The notes: generated from the sequence alone by a model not told the origin. DNA of 64,000 nucleotides from Promethearchaeota archaeon (GCA_048941015.1 JBHLNZ010000001.1:64001-128000), one strand, 5' to 3'; numbered from the stretch's first letter, positions 1 through 11,299 are shown. Numbers and translations: made by a program.

Positions 1-553
1 AGCATATTTAAATAATAAATTAAATTAATTTTGAATTCATGGAACTCGATCTTCCACAATAAAGTTCCCACGTATAATTCTTCTTATCCAAAAAATCTAT
101 CTTATTAATTGTATAATGTTCTGCCAAACTTTTCCAGACCTGCCGTTAAAAGTCCTATGTGAAGATGATTTCTAACTCTATTAAGGACAGATATCGTGAT
201 ATTCGAATAGCTCTGTAATAGATTCCTTAAGAATAGTTAATGACCACCAAATTTGATTTAGTTCTATATCTATTGAACTTGATTGAATCAAAATCTTCAT
301 TCATAAATATTTATAGGAAATCTAATTAAAGTTATCCAAGAGGAAGATTCTGCCATTTGGTTAAAACTTAGGAGTTGTCCTTTAAAGTCTCTAAATATAA
401 TTTAAATTGTATCCTTTAAAAAATTAATTAAAGGAGGTTCTTAAAATAACCAAGAAATTTATTTTCTGAATAACTTTATACAAATGCATTAAATTCTTAT
501 AATTTACAATACAAGCTAGTTATTAATTATCTCTATTTCAAGATTTAAAACTT

Positions 554-1318
554 TTAAATGATACCTACGAACGATTGGCGAACCACAGCATTGTATACCC
601 AGTAAATTAACGTAATAAAATCAAAAATGGGGAGTTTAACTGCATTTTGAATTGCTCTAGCATAAGGGGGCATGTCACTACATTCGAGTAGGATAGCTGC
701 AACTTGAGGATTATTTTTTATCAATTGTTTGGAAAGATCTACTAATTGGGTTTCAAGCTTATTGCTATTAAAATTACCCTTACATTTGAGTATATTTTGA
801 AATTCAGGTAAATCTTGAGCACCAACTATAACAATTCGAGATTCATCTTTAATTCCACAAGAGTTAAGTATTTTTGGAGTTAAACTATCATCAACAGCAC
901 ATAGAATTCCAACCTTTTGTTTTGGCTTAAGAGACTGAACAATAATGGGAACTTGCAATAAACTGGAAAGAAAAACAGGCACATTAAGTGCTCTTGCCGC
1001 TTCCTTTTGATAGAATCCAAAATAACCACATGAACCTATAATTGCTCGAACCCCTTGTTCCACTAGTTCATTACCTCCCTCAATTACTTTGTTTAATATG
1101 GCTGGATCGGCATTTAAAATTTCGATGCCAGCCCCTTTAAGAATCTTGTATAAAACTGGAAAATTAAAACTGCAAGCATTTGCAACATTGCCAGGAATTA
1201 AAGGATACCAGAGATCTAGTACGAGAATCCCAATAGCAAAACCTCCTATTGCTCTACCTTCAGGTACATAAATCTGAGTATTTGGTTGTGTAGGACCTAA
1301 TATATAAGGATCGTTCAT
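554..1318 (-). CDS. Asp/Glu/hydantoin racemase family protein
   Basis: PGNVANACSFNFPV, GSCGYFG and LLECSDMPPY motifs; two-Cys racemase-family architecture. Confidence 0.8.
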   Translation of the reverse strand: MNDPYILGPTQPNTQIYVPEGRAIGGFAIGILVLDLWYPLIPGNVANACSFNFPVLYKILKGAGIEILNADPAILNKVIEGGNELVEQGVRAIIGSCGYFGFYQKEAARALNVPVFLSSLLQVPIIVQSLKPKQKVGILCAVDDSLTPKILNSCGIKDESRIVIVGAQDLPEFQNILKCKGNFNSNKLETQLVDLSKQLIKNNPQVAAILLECSDMPPYARAIQNAVKLPIFDFITLIYWVYNAVVRQSFVGII

Positions 1319-1735
1319 AATTTGTCTTCATCTTTTCAATTTAAAAATATTCAGATTTTATTCATAACCTATCACTTTCATTTCTTCTTCTATTGATTAA
1401 TCTTCTGAAAAGCCAGTATATATAAAAGATATTAACAATAAACGAACCTTTGAAAAATTCTAGGATTTTTCGAACTTGATAAAAAATTTTATTATTTTCA
1501 TTTAACCTCTACTGCATTGTTTTTCCCTTTACTATGTTCTTTTAATTAATAAGCAACAAAAACAGAGGGAAAAAATGAAAAAAGCACAATTCTAAAATCG
1601 GATTTCTTCACTAAGAAATAGTTCAAAACATTTAAATTAATAAATAATCTACTTATCAATTAAATCTTTAAATGGCTTAAGAGATTTGAAAATTAAAAAT
1701 TGATATTATAAAAAGAAATTTAAAAAGATGATTAA

Positions 1736-2872
1736 ATGAATGAAGTAAGTGATAGAGTTAATAAAATTTTAGATTCAAGCATTATAATAGATTCACTTAG
1801 CCATGGTCCTCTTTTATGGACACAAGATCTCATTAAGCGTTCTGATGAGATGTTAGCTTTAGAAATGAATGTTTGGGATATTTTACCTGATCTTTCTTTA
1901 CAATACGCACGAAATGTTGCATCTGATGATAATTATTTTGCGAAATATGTTGATGCTTGGAAAGAGTCAGGAGTGACTTGCGTGAGCTATACACTTGGAC
2001 CGATATATCCAAAACCTTATTCACTTGAGGGTGTTTACCATAATCATGCCTTCATGACACACATGCTTGATCAAAGAAAAGACTTTTTTGTCAAGGTATT
2101 AAAGGCTGAAGATATTGAAAGAGCTTATAAGGAGAAAAAGAAAGCTATCATTTTAAACTTTCAGAGCTTAGAACATTTAGGTACTAATATTAATTTTGTG
2201 GAATTAGGCTATATGCATGGATTCAGAATAATGCAATTAACTTATAATACGAAAATCCCTGTGGGTACTGGTTGTACGGCAAGAAGAGATAGAGGATTAA
2301 CCGAATTTGGATTAGAAGTTGTTGAAAAGATTAATAAACTCGGGGCTCTTGTAGATATCTCTCATTGTGGAGTCCAAACTTCCAAAGATGCCGTAGAACA
2401 CTCTAAAGATCCAATTATGGTTTCCCACACTGGCTCAAAAAAATTATATGAACATGTAAGAAACAAGGATGACGATCTTCTGCAAGCCGTTGCAGAAAAG
2501 GGGGGATATATAGGAGTTTTTGTCGTTCCCTTTTTATCGAGTGACTATAAAAATAATACAGTTGATGATTGGGCTGACCATGTTGAATACATCGTGAATC
2601 TTATAGGAATTGATCATGTAGGCATCGGATCTGATTTTTACGGTTACTCAATACCAACTAATCTAGCGATGAAAGTTGATGAACAAATGGGAGTAATGGG
2701 CTTCCGACCTGAGGATAGAGCAACATTTACATATAAGGTGAAAGGATTCGAGGAATATAGGAAATTCCCTAATCTGATCAAAGCCTTGGTCTCACGAGGA
2801 TACAGTGATCAAGAAATTAAGAAAATTGCAGGTGAAAATTTCTTACGGGTGTTTAGAAAGGTAGTTGGATAA
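1736..2872 (+). CDS. Membrane (renal-type, M19) dipeptidase family
   Basis: MQLTYN, GLTEFG, VDISH, SHTG, RNKDD, GIDHVGIGSDF, GENFLRV motifs. Confidence 0.85.
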   Translation: MNEVSDRVNKILDSSIIIDSLSHGPLLWTQDLIKRSDEMLALEMNVWDILPDLSLQYARNVASDDNYFAKYVDAWKESGVTCVSYTLGPIYPKPYSLEGVYHNHAFMTHMLDQRKDFFVKVLKAEDIERAYKEKKKAIILNFQSLEHLGTNINFVELGYMHGFRIMQLTYNTKIPVGTGCTARRDRGLTEFGLEVVEKINKLGALVDISHCGVQTSKDAVEHSKDPIMVSHTGSKKLYEHVRNKDDDLLQAVAEKGGYIGVFVVPFLSSDYKNNTVDDWADHVEYIVNLIGIDHVGIGSDFYGYSIPTNLAMKVDEQMGVMGFRPEDRATFTYKVKGFEEYRKFPNLIKALVSRGYSDQEIKKIAGENFLRVFRKVVG

Positions 2873-3040
2873 AAATAAAGTGTCTTTGAGAGGGGATTAT
2901 ATAGAAAAAATCTTTAAGATTTGATTCAAATCTCCCATTAAATTTCGTTCTTTTTTTTTCCCTTATATAAACAATACACTATTTGGGTTTATTTTTACAG
3001 ATAAGAGTTGTCAAACTTTTCAGAAACGTTAAAATAGTTG

Positions 3041-4663
3041 TCATGTTGGACGTCTAATAACCATACCAGGATATTTTTTCCTTAACTTACCATTTTCAAC
3101 GACCACAACACCATTAACAATTACATGAAGAATTCCTTCTGGTAATTGATATGGATTTTCATAAGTGCCTACATCTCTAACCGTATTAAGATTAAAAAGC
3201 ACAATGTCTGCCCAGTTACCTTCTAAGACAAGACTTCTATCCCTTAGCCCAAGTCTCTGAGCAGGAAAAGAAGTCATCTTACGAATTGCTTCTTCTAATG
3301 TTAATAATTTATCTTCTCGAACGTATTTTTCAAGAATTCGTGGGTATGTTCCAAAACATCTGGGATGGAGAGCTCCAAACCTAAATGAGGCAGGAAGTCC
3401 AAAACCGTCTGTACCAATCATGCTATAATGACTTGTCATAATTCGACGAATATCATCTTCTGCCATGCTTTCGATTGTAATCATAACTTTTAGATCATTT
3501 TCGATTAGCAATTTAAAACAAGTTTCCCAATCGTTAGAGAATCCCCTTATTTTAGTAATTTCAGGGATATTTTTGCCTATAATATCCTTCCATTCAACCT
3601 TGTCAACAGAAACGATATACATATTTTTAAAGCCCTCATCCCGAATCCAATTTTCCCAATCTTTAGAGTTTGATTCGACTTCTTTCCTAATCTTCTCTTT
3701 TATTTCAGGTTGTTTAATGCGTTCCAATATATCTTGATTTTCCCCTTCACGAACCCACGATGGAAGGGCAGTAATAAGATTAGACATTTTTCGATTATAA
3801 GGATATTGATCACAACTGATATTTATACCACGTTGATTAGCTTCTTTCATGAGTCGTACAGTTTCTCTACTCCTTCCCCAATAATTTTCACCACAAATTT
3901 TATGATGAGCAATTTGACCTCCAGCACATCCTGATTTCTCAACAATTTCTATCAATTCCTCAACGGCTTTTATAACAGTTTCACCTTCACCTCTAATATG
4001 TGAAAAATATAATCCCCCATACTCTGCAATTACTTTCGCTAGCTCAACTAATTCTTCGGTAGTTCCAAAAACCTGAGGTGCATAAATTAATCCTGTACTC
4101 ATACCAAACGCCCCCGCTTCCATTGCCTCTCGTAAATATTTCTTCATAATTTCGAGCTCTTCTTTATTAGCAGGTCTATTTTCTACCCATTGTCCTCCTG
4201 CAAATCGTAGATTTTTATATCCGACCATGAAAATTAAATTTGCTGTATTTTTTAATTTATCAATGTAGTTTAAATACTCATCAAACGTATGGTATGGATA
4301 CTCTAATTGTTCAAAAATACGATTTCTTTCCCCCATCATTTTCTTGAATTCTTCTTCTTGTCCATAAGGAATGGGTGCATTTCCCTCTCCACACATAGCT
4401 ACGACACTCGTAGTGATCCCTTGACATAGGGTTGATTCCTGACTTCTATTTACTGGCAAAATCCAATCTGTGTGAGAATGCATATCTATAAAACCTGGGC
4501 ATACAATCAATCCAGTGGCATCTATATGTTTTTGAGCTTCATCATTAATTTTGTATCTAATTTTAGCTATTTTCCCATTTTTTATAGCAATTTCACCGGA
4601 ATAACTAGGATTACCCGTACCATCAATAATTTTCCCATTTTTAATAATTATATCATAACTCAT
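3041..4663 (-). CDS. N-acyl-D-amino-acid deacylase (D-aminoacylase)
   Basis: PGFIDMHSHTD, GAFGMSTGLIYAP, SHIRGEG, HPRCFGTYPR, EEAIRKMTS motifs. Confidence 0.9.
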   Translation of the reverse strand: MSYDIIIKNGKIIDGTGNPSYSGEIAIKNGKIAKIRYKINDEAQKHIDATGLIVCPGFIDMHSHTDWILPVNRSQESTLCQGITTSVVAMCGEGNAPIPYGQEEEFKKMMGERNRIFEQLEYPYHTFDEYLNYIDKLKNTANLIFMVGYKNLRFAGGQWVENRPANKEELEIMKKYLREAMEAGAFGMSTGLIYAPQVFGTTEELVELAKVIAEYGGLYFSHIRGEGETVIKAVEELIEIVEKSGCAGGQIAHHKICGENYWGRSRETVRLMKEANQRGINISCDQYPYNRKMSNLITALPSWVREGENQDILERIKQPEIKEKIRKEVESNSKDWENWIRDEGFKNMYIVSVDKVEWKDIIGKNIPEITKIRGFSNDWETCFKLLIENDLKVMITIESMAEDDIRRIMTSHYSMIGTDGFGLPASFRFGALHPRCFGTYPRILEKYVREDKLLTLEEAIRKMTSFPAQRLGLRDRSLVLEGNWADIVLFNLNTVRDVGTYENPYQLPEGILHVIVNGVVVVENGKLRKKYPGMVIRRPT

Positions 4664-4931
4664 TTATACCAACTCCTAAATTTAAGTAAAAATAATAATT
4701 TAAACTTTAAAAAAAAAATGACAAATCTTAAGGGTAATATTTAGATTTCATGAAAAAATTCCCTATTACTTTAAAAATTTTGGGCAAATTGAATATATAA
4801 AAAATATGATATAAATAAGCTTAATTTGAATTAGATAAATTGAATGCATAAATCCTCTGGTAAAAATATTGATTTATTAGATGTAATCATTTACTGTACA
4901 TAATAATAAAATATTATAGGAGTAGTTAAAT

Positions 4932-6011
4932 TTGGACAAAAATTGGAAAGATAAGATACCCACCCCTGCACTTGTTCTTAACTATGATATTATGCAGAAA
5001 AATATTGAAATTATGGCAAAATTCGCAAAACAAAATAATGTAAATTTAAGACCTCACTTGAAGACAGCTAAATTACCTATTATTGCGCATATGATTTTAA
5101 AAGCAGGAGGGGCAAAGGGGATTACGGTTGCTAAAGTTGGAGAAGCAGAAGTTTTTGTTCAAGCTGGTATCGATGATATATTAATTGCCAATCAAGTCAT
5201 CGATCCAGACCATATCAAGAGGTTAGTAATGTTAAATAAGTATGCATCAGTCAAATGTGCGGTAGACTCTAAGAAAAATGTTTTAGATCTGAGTAAATTC
5301 GCAACCGAAGCAAAAATTAAACTCGAAGTCTTACTTGAGATTAATATTGGATTAGGACGGGCTGGAGTGGAACCAGGTGAACCTGCATTAGAGCTGGCTA
5401 ATTTTATAAGGGAAAAATCAGGAGTAAAGTTAATAGGGCTACAAGGGTATGAGGGCCATTTAACTCCGATGATGAATATGGAAAAAAAAGAACTAATGAC
5501 GAATGAATGTATGGAAAAAATTATTGATACTAGGAAGCTTTTAAACAAAAATGGTTTTGATATTAGATATATTTCAACTTCTGGCTCCGGGACATACATG
5601 TATGCTGCTAAATTTGACGATATAACTGAAATTCAACCTGGTACTTATGTTTTTTCTGATGATCATTTATTTAAAGTAAATCCTATTTTTTTACCTGCCG
5701 TAACAGTTTTGAGCACAGTTCAGAATCAAACTGGAACTACAGAATTTACTATTGATGCAGGTACAAAAGCAATTGCAATTGGTGATGGAAAACCTATAAT
5801 TAAAGGACATCCTAAAGTTACGTTTATCGTCATGAGCGAAGAGAATACACAACTTAATGCTATTGGTTCTAGTTTTGAGATTGGACAGAAGATTGAACTA
5901 ATTCCCGCCCACATATGTATCACTATTAATCTTTATGATTATATACATGTTGTAAAAAATAACGAATATATAGGTAGTTGGAAAATTCTCGCTAGAGGAA
6001 AAAATTATTAA
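4932..6011 (+). CDS. PLP-dependent D-threonine aldolase / D-serine dehydratase (DSD1, fold type III)
   Basis: PTPAL, LRPHLKT (PLP Lys), QGYEGH, EIQPGTYVF, PAHICITINL. Confidence 0.85.
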   Translation: MDKNWKDKIPTPALVLNYDIMQKNIEIMAKFAKQNNVNLRPHLKTAKLPIIAHMILKAGGAKGITVAKVGEAEVFVQAGIDDILIANQVIDPDHIKRLVMLNKYASVKCAVDSKKNVLDLSKFATEAKIKLEVLLEINIGLGRAGVEPGEPALELANFIREKSGVKLIGLQGYEGHLTPMMNMEKKELMTNECMEKIIDTRKLLNKNGFDIRYISTSGSGTYMYAAKFDDITEIQPGTYVFSDDHLFKVNPIFLPAVTVLSTVQNQTGTTEFTIDAGTKAIAIGDGKPIIKGHPKVTFIVMSEENTQLNAIGSSFEIGQKIELIPAHICITINLYDYIHVVKNNEYIGSWKILARGKNY

Positions 6012-6029
6012 TATATTGATGAGAAGTTT

Positions 6030-6224
6030 ATGTCGGAAAATGAATACATTAATCTGGGAACTCCTGTTGCTGGTCCTTATACTCCTGGTGTCAAGAGTGG
6101 AGGTTTCTTGTTTATATCTGGTCAAGGTGCTAAACATTATTTTTTCTTTATTTTAATTTTGAAATTCAATATCTCAATTTCCTATTTGATCTATAACTTT
6201 AAATTACCCAAAAGAAAACCTTAA
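6030..6224 (+). pseudogene. ridA: Truncated RidA/YjgF enamine deaminase (only about 33 N-terminal residues homologous)
   Basis: AGPYTPGVKSGGFLFISGQG is the RidA N-terminal signature; after about 6130 the frame runs into AT-rich non-homologous sequence. Confidence 0.75.
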
Positions 6225-6357
6225 TTGAAACTTTTTAGAGTTTTACTTTATATAGCAACACTTAGATTGATATATGCGTATAGTAGAAATTCATCTTAAA
6301 TCTTTAATTTAAATTCTTCTTAAAATTATTTAATAAAAATTAAAAGTATATAAAACG

Positions 6358-6804
6358 ATGTCTAAAACTTTTAGTTCTAAAGAATTAGAAGAGATAAAGT
6401 CTATAAAAATAGGAAAATGGGATATTATCTCTGAATATCATCGTATTGATTGGCTTAAAGCCGGGTATAGTGAAGAAGAAGCAAAAATTCATGGTATAGT
6501 TATTGCTGTCGTTGGATATCAAGCCCGCTTAGGAAAAGAACCTCAAAAATATAAGTTAGAACAAAAAGGGAAAGAGAAAGGTGTTTCAGTAACCCATAGA
6601 AAACAAGAGAAGTGGATTACAATTGCGGATTTTGATAAAATTATTAATAAAATTGGCGATAAGTATTACAAGAAGGTATTTTCTCCCGCAATTGAGAATT
6701 TATACAATAAGGGTTATTCTTATGATGAGGTTAAGAAAACGGTTGATATTCCATCAAAAATAGGTGCTAAAGTATCTCTAGATAAATTTATACCTTACTT
6801 GTAA
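6358..6804 (+). CDS. Hypothetical protein
   Basis: 148-aa ORF with ATG start and protein-like composition; no family recognised. Confidence 0.6.
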   Translation: MSKTFSSKELEEIKSIKIGKWDIISEYHRIDWLKAGYSEEEAKIHGIVIAVVGYQARLGKEPQKYKLEQKGKEKGVSVTHRKQEKWITIADFDKIINKIGDKYYKKVFSPAIENLYNKGYSYDEVKKTVDIPSKIGAKVSLDKFIPYL

Positions 6805-6916
6805 TAACTCTTAGAATAAAGAGCATTTAACTATTGCGTCAATTTTTCACTTTTAAATTAAAAGTAAAGATGTATTAAATAATTTAGAGGTAATAAAAAT
6901 AGATCCCAGACAGAAA

Positions 6917-7096
6917 ATGCTGATAATTTTAATTATAATATTTATCATTAGCATTAGTCAATTTATATTCTTTCTATTAGTGGTTAGTTTCGGTTTAATT
7001 AGTAGTAGTATTTTATTTCCTTCTGGGTTTTCTGCTATTTTCCTTGGAACAGTTGTAATTATTGTATTCTTAAAGATTAAGAGAGAGAGTGTATAA
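6917..7096 (+). CDS. Small two-TM membrane protein (59 aa; possibly starts at ATA 6899)
   Basis: Hand-translated MLIILIIIFIISISQFIFFLLVVSFG...LKIKRESV; SD-like GAGGT upstream of an in-frame ATA; below the ORF-track cutoff. Confidence 0.45.
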   Translation: MLIILIIIFIISISQFIFFLLVVSFGLISSSILFPSGFSAIFLGTVVIIVFLKIKRESV

Positions 7097-7103
7097 TTCT
7101 TAA

Positions 7104-7775
7104 ATGCCTTTATTTAAATTCATGAGGGATTTGCAAGCAAAGTTAGAAGCAATTCCTAGTCCTGGTGCCATTGTATATAATGCACTCGTAAAAAAAATTT
7201 TAAGAAAACCGGAATTAAGAATTGCTCAAGATGTTGTTCAAAATATGGATAATGGGGTTTTAATAGACATAGGATCAGGTACAGGATTTTTATCAATAGA
7301 GATAGCGAAAAGAGCACCCCACCTTAATATTATTGGTATAGATTTAAGCAATAAAATGGTTGAGATTGCAAGGGGTAATGCAAAAGGTTTGGAAAATGTG
7401 AAGTTTAAATTAGCAAATGCTAAAGATCTACCTTTTGAAGACAATTCCATTGACTTTATTGTCAGTACAGGATCGTTTCATCACTGGAAGAAACCAATTC
7501 AAGTTTTTAATGAATTATATCGTGTTTTGATTATTAATGGAGACGCATGGATATACGATGGATGTTCTGGTCCTCCTAAACATGAAATTCTTAAATTGAA
7601 ACAAAATTATGGTGCTTTCAAATATCAACTTCTAAGTCAAATCCAGAAAGCGCATGGTTTTCCTTGGGAAACATATAACACCAGAATTAAAAGACTTCTT
7701 GAATTGTCAAAGTTCAAAAAGAATTATCAAATGGTATTAACAGATGGTTGGATGAAAATTGTTCTCAAGAAATAA
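7104..7775 (+). CDS. Class I SAM-dependent methyltransferase
   Basis: LIDIGSGTG, GIDLS, LPFEDNSIDFIVS, FHHW. Confidence 0.9.
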   Translation: MPLFKFMRDLQAKLEAIPSPGAIVYNALVKKILRKPELRIAQDVVQNMDNGVLIDIGSGTGFLSIEIAKRAPHLNIIGIDLSNKMVEIARGNAKGLENVKFKLANAKDLPFEDNSIDFIVSTGSFHHWKKPIQVFNELYRVLIINGDAWIYDGCSGPPKHEILKLKQNYGAFKYQLLSQIQKAHGFPWETYNTRIKRLLELSKFKKNYQMVLTDGWMKIVLKK

Positions 7776-8549
7776 TCATTGAAGAAAATTCCTCTTCGTT
7801 GGGTAAGCGACTTCAGGGCGTTTCATGATAAAAGAATCATCTAGATCATTAGCCATACGATTAGCAATATCGAATGGAATACCCATAGATAAATAATTCT
7901 TAGGAAACCAATAATTTCCTGTAGGATCAGTGGGGCCAATAATTACATAATTTTTTGGATTATTTTCAGTCAAACTTGCTGGATAGGTGATAAAGGAAGC
8001 ACACGAGGGTCCCCAAGGAACTTTAATCATAAAATCTTTCTCTGGTCTAAAGAATGCTAAAGAACAAAGATTTCGTATTTGCTCCGCATTACCAAAACAA
8101 AGAAACGACTTTACGTTGATATCGTCATCTATAGAATCTGTCTTTTGAATTACTGTATAATTACCCATAGGTGTTATTTTACCCATAGATTTCAACTGTT
8201 GTTCTGCGAGTTCTGGATTAGCAAGTAAGAACTCAGCAGCTCCTCCTCGAAAGTCTTCTGAACCTGTTGAGACAAAATATTTTAGTCCAGGAAAGAATGA
8301 TTTATATCCTAACCAGGCTTGTCCTCCTGGGCAACAACCCTCTAAAGCATCATTTCCGATATATGCTGAATTAAAATTTTTATGTATTGATAAAGTAAAT
8401 ATTGCATTAGCAATACAACGATTAATTTCCTTAATGGGAACAGCATTCTCAGGAACTTGTTCTGATCCATATATGCTTAATGGATTTGAATCTAATTTTC
8501 CTGCTTGTTTCAATTTACTACCGATATCTTTAACAATCAGATGAGCCAT
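7776..8549 (-). CDS. DUF169-like protein
   Basis: CCPGGQAWLG, FVSTG, WGPSCASF patterns. Confidence 0.6.
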   Translation of the reverse strand: MAHLIVKDIGSKLKQAGKLDSNPLSIYGSEQVPENAVPIKEINRCIANAIFTLSIHKNFNSAYIGNDALEGCCPGGQAWLGYKSFFPGLKYFVSTGSEDFRGGAAEFLLANPELAEQQLKSMGKITPMGNYTVIQKTDSIDDDINVKSFLCFGNAEQIRNLCSLAFFRPEKDFMIKVPWGPSCASFITYPASLTENNPKNYVIIGPTDPTGNYWFPKNYLSMGIPFDIANRMANDLDDSFIMKRPEVAYPTKRNFLQ

Positions 8550-8581
8550 AAGTATTCTTAATGATTATTAGCTTTATTATA

Positions 8582-8959
8582 TTAACTTTTTTTATTGTTT
8601 TTCTTGTCTATTTTTAATGCTATATAAGTCCATAATCCAAATCCAAAATCAATGAATCCAAAAAGAACTAAAACCCAATTTGCCCAACCTAACAAATAAA
8701 ATGTGGTCAAGAAAATTGGTATTGTAAATCTTTCTTGTGCAGTAATTAGATAGAATGCTTCTAAACCGTCCTTAAAACTTGTTCGGATGTAAATATAGGA
8801 AAAAATTAAAAAGATCATACCAGTCATCCGAGACATTAAATCAGGTGATGTAATTACTCCTAAACCAGTCAAAACGAACTCTGGGAAAAATAAACAGAAA
8901 ATTCCAATGACTCCTACATAGATACCACAAACTAACATACTTAATGATGATTTATTCAT
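8582..8959 (-). CDS. Hypothetical 4-TM membrane protein
   Basis: Four hydrophobic segments. Confidence 0.7.
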   Translation of the reverse strand: MNKSSLSMLVCGIYVGVIGIFCLFFPEFVLTGLGVITSPDLMSRMTGMIFLIFSYIYIRTSFKDGLEAFYLITAQERFTIPIFLTTFYLLGWANWVLVLFGFIDFGFGLWTYIALKIDKKNNKKS

Positions 8960-9079
8960 AGTTTTACCCTCAAAAATCCGTTTTTTTTAATTGTAACCTT
9001 TTAATTTATTAGTGTTTTTAAGGTTAACCTCAAAAATTTAATAAGATTTTTCAAAATAAAAAAAAATAGAAAATAAATT

Positions 9080-10492
9080 TTAAGTTTCTTGTTTTCTAAT
9101 ATGCTCTAAATAAGCTTTTTCCTTTTCTAAATGAATTCTGTGTAACTCTTCTTTTTTCTTCCTCCATTCTGGACCGCTAAGAGGGAAGTATCTAATAAAA
9201 AAAGCACTTATTAAGATTAAAATCGCTGGTATAAGCGTAAAAGCAATCATGATACCTAATTTTACAGATTCTTCTTGTACTGCTCCCGGGGTATTGTTAA
9301 ATCCAAATAAAGTTATAACAGAAAGTAAAATCCAAGGACCTAATGAATTTGTTGGCTTAGTTACCAAAGCATTCATTCCAGCATAACTAGTCTCTCTTCT
9401 TTTACCTGTTAATATCTCATCATTATCAATTACATCTGCCATAACTAACTGATTTGTTATATAATAGCCGGATATACCGATCCCAATTAATACCATTGCT
9501 ATAAAAGAAGTATAAAGATTCCATGCTATAAAGAAGCTAATTATAAATGAAACACCAGTGAAAATGAGTACCAGTTCAAAAGTCCTTTTTAATCCATATT
9601 TTATAATTAATTTATTATAGATTGGAAAGAATAGAAAGACCACTACAAAAAAAACCAGTAATGGGAGCATTGCCATGAACCCTGATAATCCAAGCACAAA
9701 ATCCACCCAGTAAAGAACCCCATTCGTTAAAATGAATTGAGCAATTAAAAAGAAGATATTTGACACTTCGAATATTATAAAAGATCGATTTTTAAATGTT
9801 TCCACAATACTGTCTTTAATACCAAGTGGCTCTTCAAGTATGGTGTACTTATTTTGCTTAATATAAAAGCTACTTATATATAATATAATAGCTCCAATAA
9901 CACCTATGAAGAATACAGTAAAAAGAAATATTGGAAAGTTTGGATCACTGCTCGCTGGTTGATCACCCGTTAACAATAAAGCTGGGATCATAAAAGACAG
10001 TAATAACGATAATGCATTTCCAAAAGAACCAAACACATTTAAACTCGAACGTGCAGTACTTGTAATAGCCATTTCAGCCGGTAATGAGTATGAAATTAAT
10101 CCGACCATCGTAAACAACGTATCAAAAGCAAAAAGCATAATTAGCATATTTAAAAATAATCCAAATTGATTATCACTGCTCACAAATGGGATCCAACTTA
10201 GGATAAATAAAAAAGCATATACTATTCCTCCAAAGCGTATGTATGGGACCCTCCTGCCATACTTTTTTGATTTAGTACGGTCCTCAATAAATCCCAGCAG
10301 TGGATCGTTTATTGTATTCCAAAATATAAAAATCAACCAAGCTAATCCGGTCCAATATGCATCTAATCCGAGTTTTACATTGTAGAAGTAAGTAAAAGAC
10401 GTTGCTAAAACTAAGCTGTTGAAGATTCCACTTGTAAAATTAATTCCTCCATAAGCAAGTTTTGAGCTTCTAGGTACAAATTCTTCAGACAT
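9080..10492 (-). CDS. MFS transporter, GPH/MelB (Na+/sugar symporter) family
   Basis: WNTINDPLLG, GRRVPY, ADVIDNDEILTGKRRE; about 12 TM segments. Confidence 0.9.
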   Translation of the reverse strand: MSEEFVPRSSKLAYGGINFTSGIFNSLVLATSFTYFYNVKLGLDAYWTGLAWLIFIFWNTINDPLLGFIEDRTKSKKYGRRVPYIRFGGIVYAFLFILSWIPFVSSDNQFGLFLNMLIMLFAFDTLFTMVGLISYSLPAEMAITSTARSSLNVFGSFGNALSLLLSFMIPALLLTGDQPASSDPNFPIFLFTVFFIGVIGAIILYISSFYIKQNKYTILEEPLGIKDSIVETFKNRSFIIFEVSNIFFLIAQFILTNGVLYWVDFVLGLSGFMAMLPLLVFFVVVFLFFPIYNKLIIKYGLKRTFELVLIFTGVSFIISFFIAWNLYTSFIAMVLIGIGISGYYITNQLVMADVIDNDEILTGKRRETSYAGMNALVTKPTNSLGPWILLSVITLFGFNNTPGAVQEESVKLGIMIAFTLIPAILILISAFFIRYFPLSGPEWRKKKEELHRIHLEKEKAYLEHIRKQET

Positions 10493-10765
10493 AGTTAACC
10501 TACCAATTAAAAATTTTTTAAGATTTACTTATTTATCAATTAAGAAATTAATTAATAATTAACTCTAAAAACTATAAAAATATTTAACTTTGATTAAAAA
10601 AAAGCACTTTTCAAATTCTCTAATCATATTTTTTATTTAACAAAAATATTTTATAAGTGAACTGTACAAAGACAAGATAAACTATAAAAACTATTGTATA
10701 CAATTTAAGGTAATAATTTAATTAGGTTGATTTAGAGATATACTAGAAATTGAGGCATAAATTTT

Positions 10766-11266
10766 ATGAAGCATACAACAGGAATTACTTTATTAATTAT
10801 TGGCGGAATTTGCATGATTGTTAGTTCTGTGGCTGGAAGTATTCAAATATTTGAAAGTCTATATTTGATAATTGCGACTGAATGGCCAGAATTCGAACCA
10901 CTTGCTAATATAATCATCAACGTGATTTTTAGATGGATTGCGGATTTAGGCGGTATTGCTATAATTATTGGAGCAATATTGATAGCAGTAGGGACAGTGA
11001 GGTTTGGTAAATTTATAATTTGGATTGGCTTAGCTTTTGGAACCATAGCTTTAATTATTTGGGTAGTTACACAAATAGTACGCCTGACAGGAATTATAAC
11101 TGATCCAGCAATAGTTTTTTATCTAGAAGAACTATATAATCGATTCAACTATGGCACAGGATTAGGATTTGCGGGTGTAGTTATCGCAATAATAGGGAGA
11201 GCATTTGTGAGAAGGGTAAAAATAGTAGAAGTTGTTGAAGAGAAAGAATACTTATTTGAAGAGTAA
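10766..11266 (+). CDS. Hypothetical membrane protein
   Basis: About 4 hydrophobic segments; SD-like GAGG upstream. Confidence 0.7.
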   Translation: MKHTTGITLLIIGGICMIVSSVAGSIQIFESLYLIIATEWPEFEPLANIIINVIFRWIADLGGIAIIIGAILIAVGTVRFGKFIIWIGLAFGTIALIIWVVTQIVRLTGIITDPAIVFYLEELYNRFNYGTGLGFAGVVIAIIGRAFVRRVKIVEVVEEKEYLFEE

Positions 11267-11299
11267 TAAAAAAATCATTATTTTTTTTATACTTTTTCT

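Noticed and set aside
1-553. Possible degraded gene on the minus strand
   Set aside because: Only short interrupted frames; no recognisable family.
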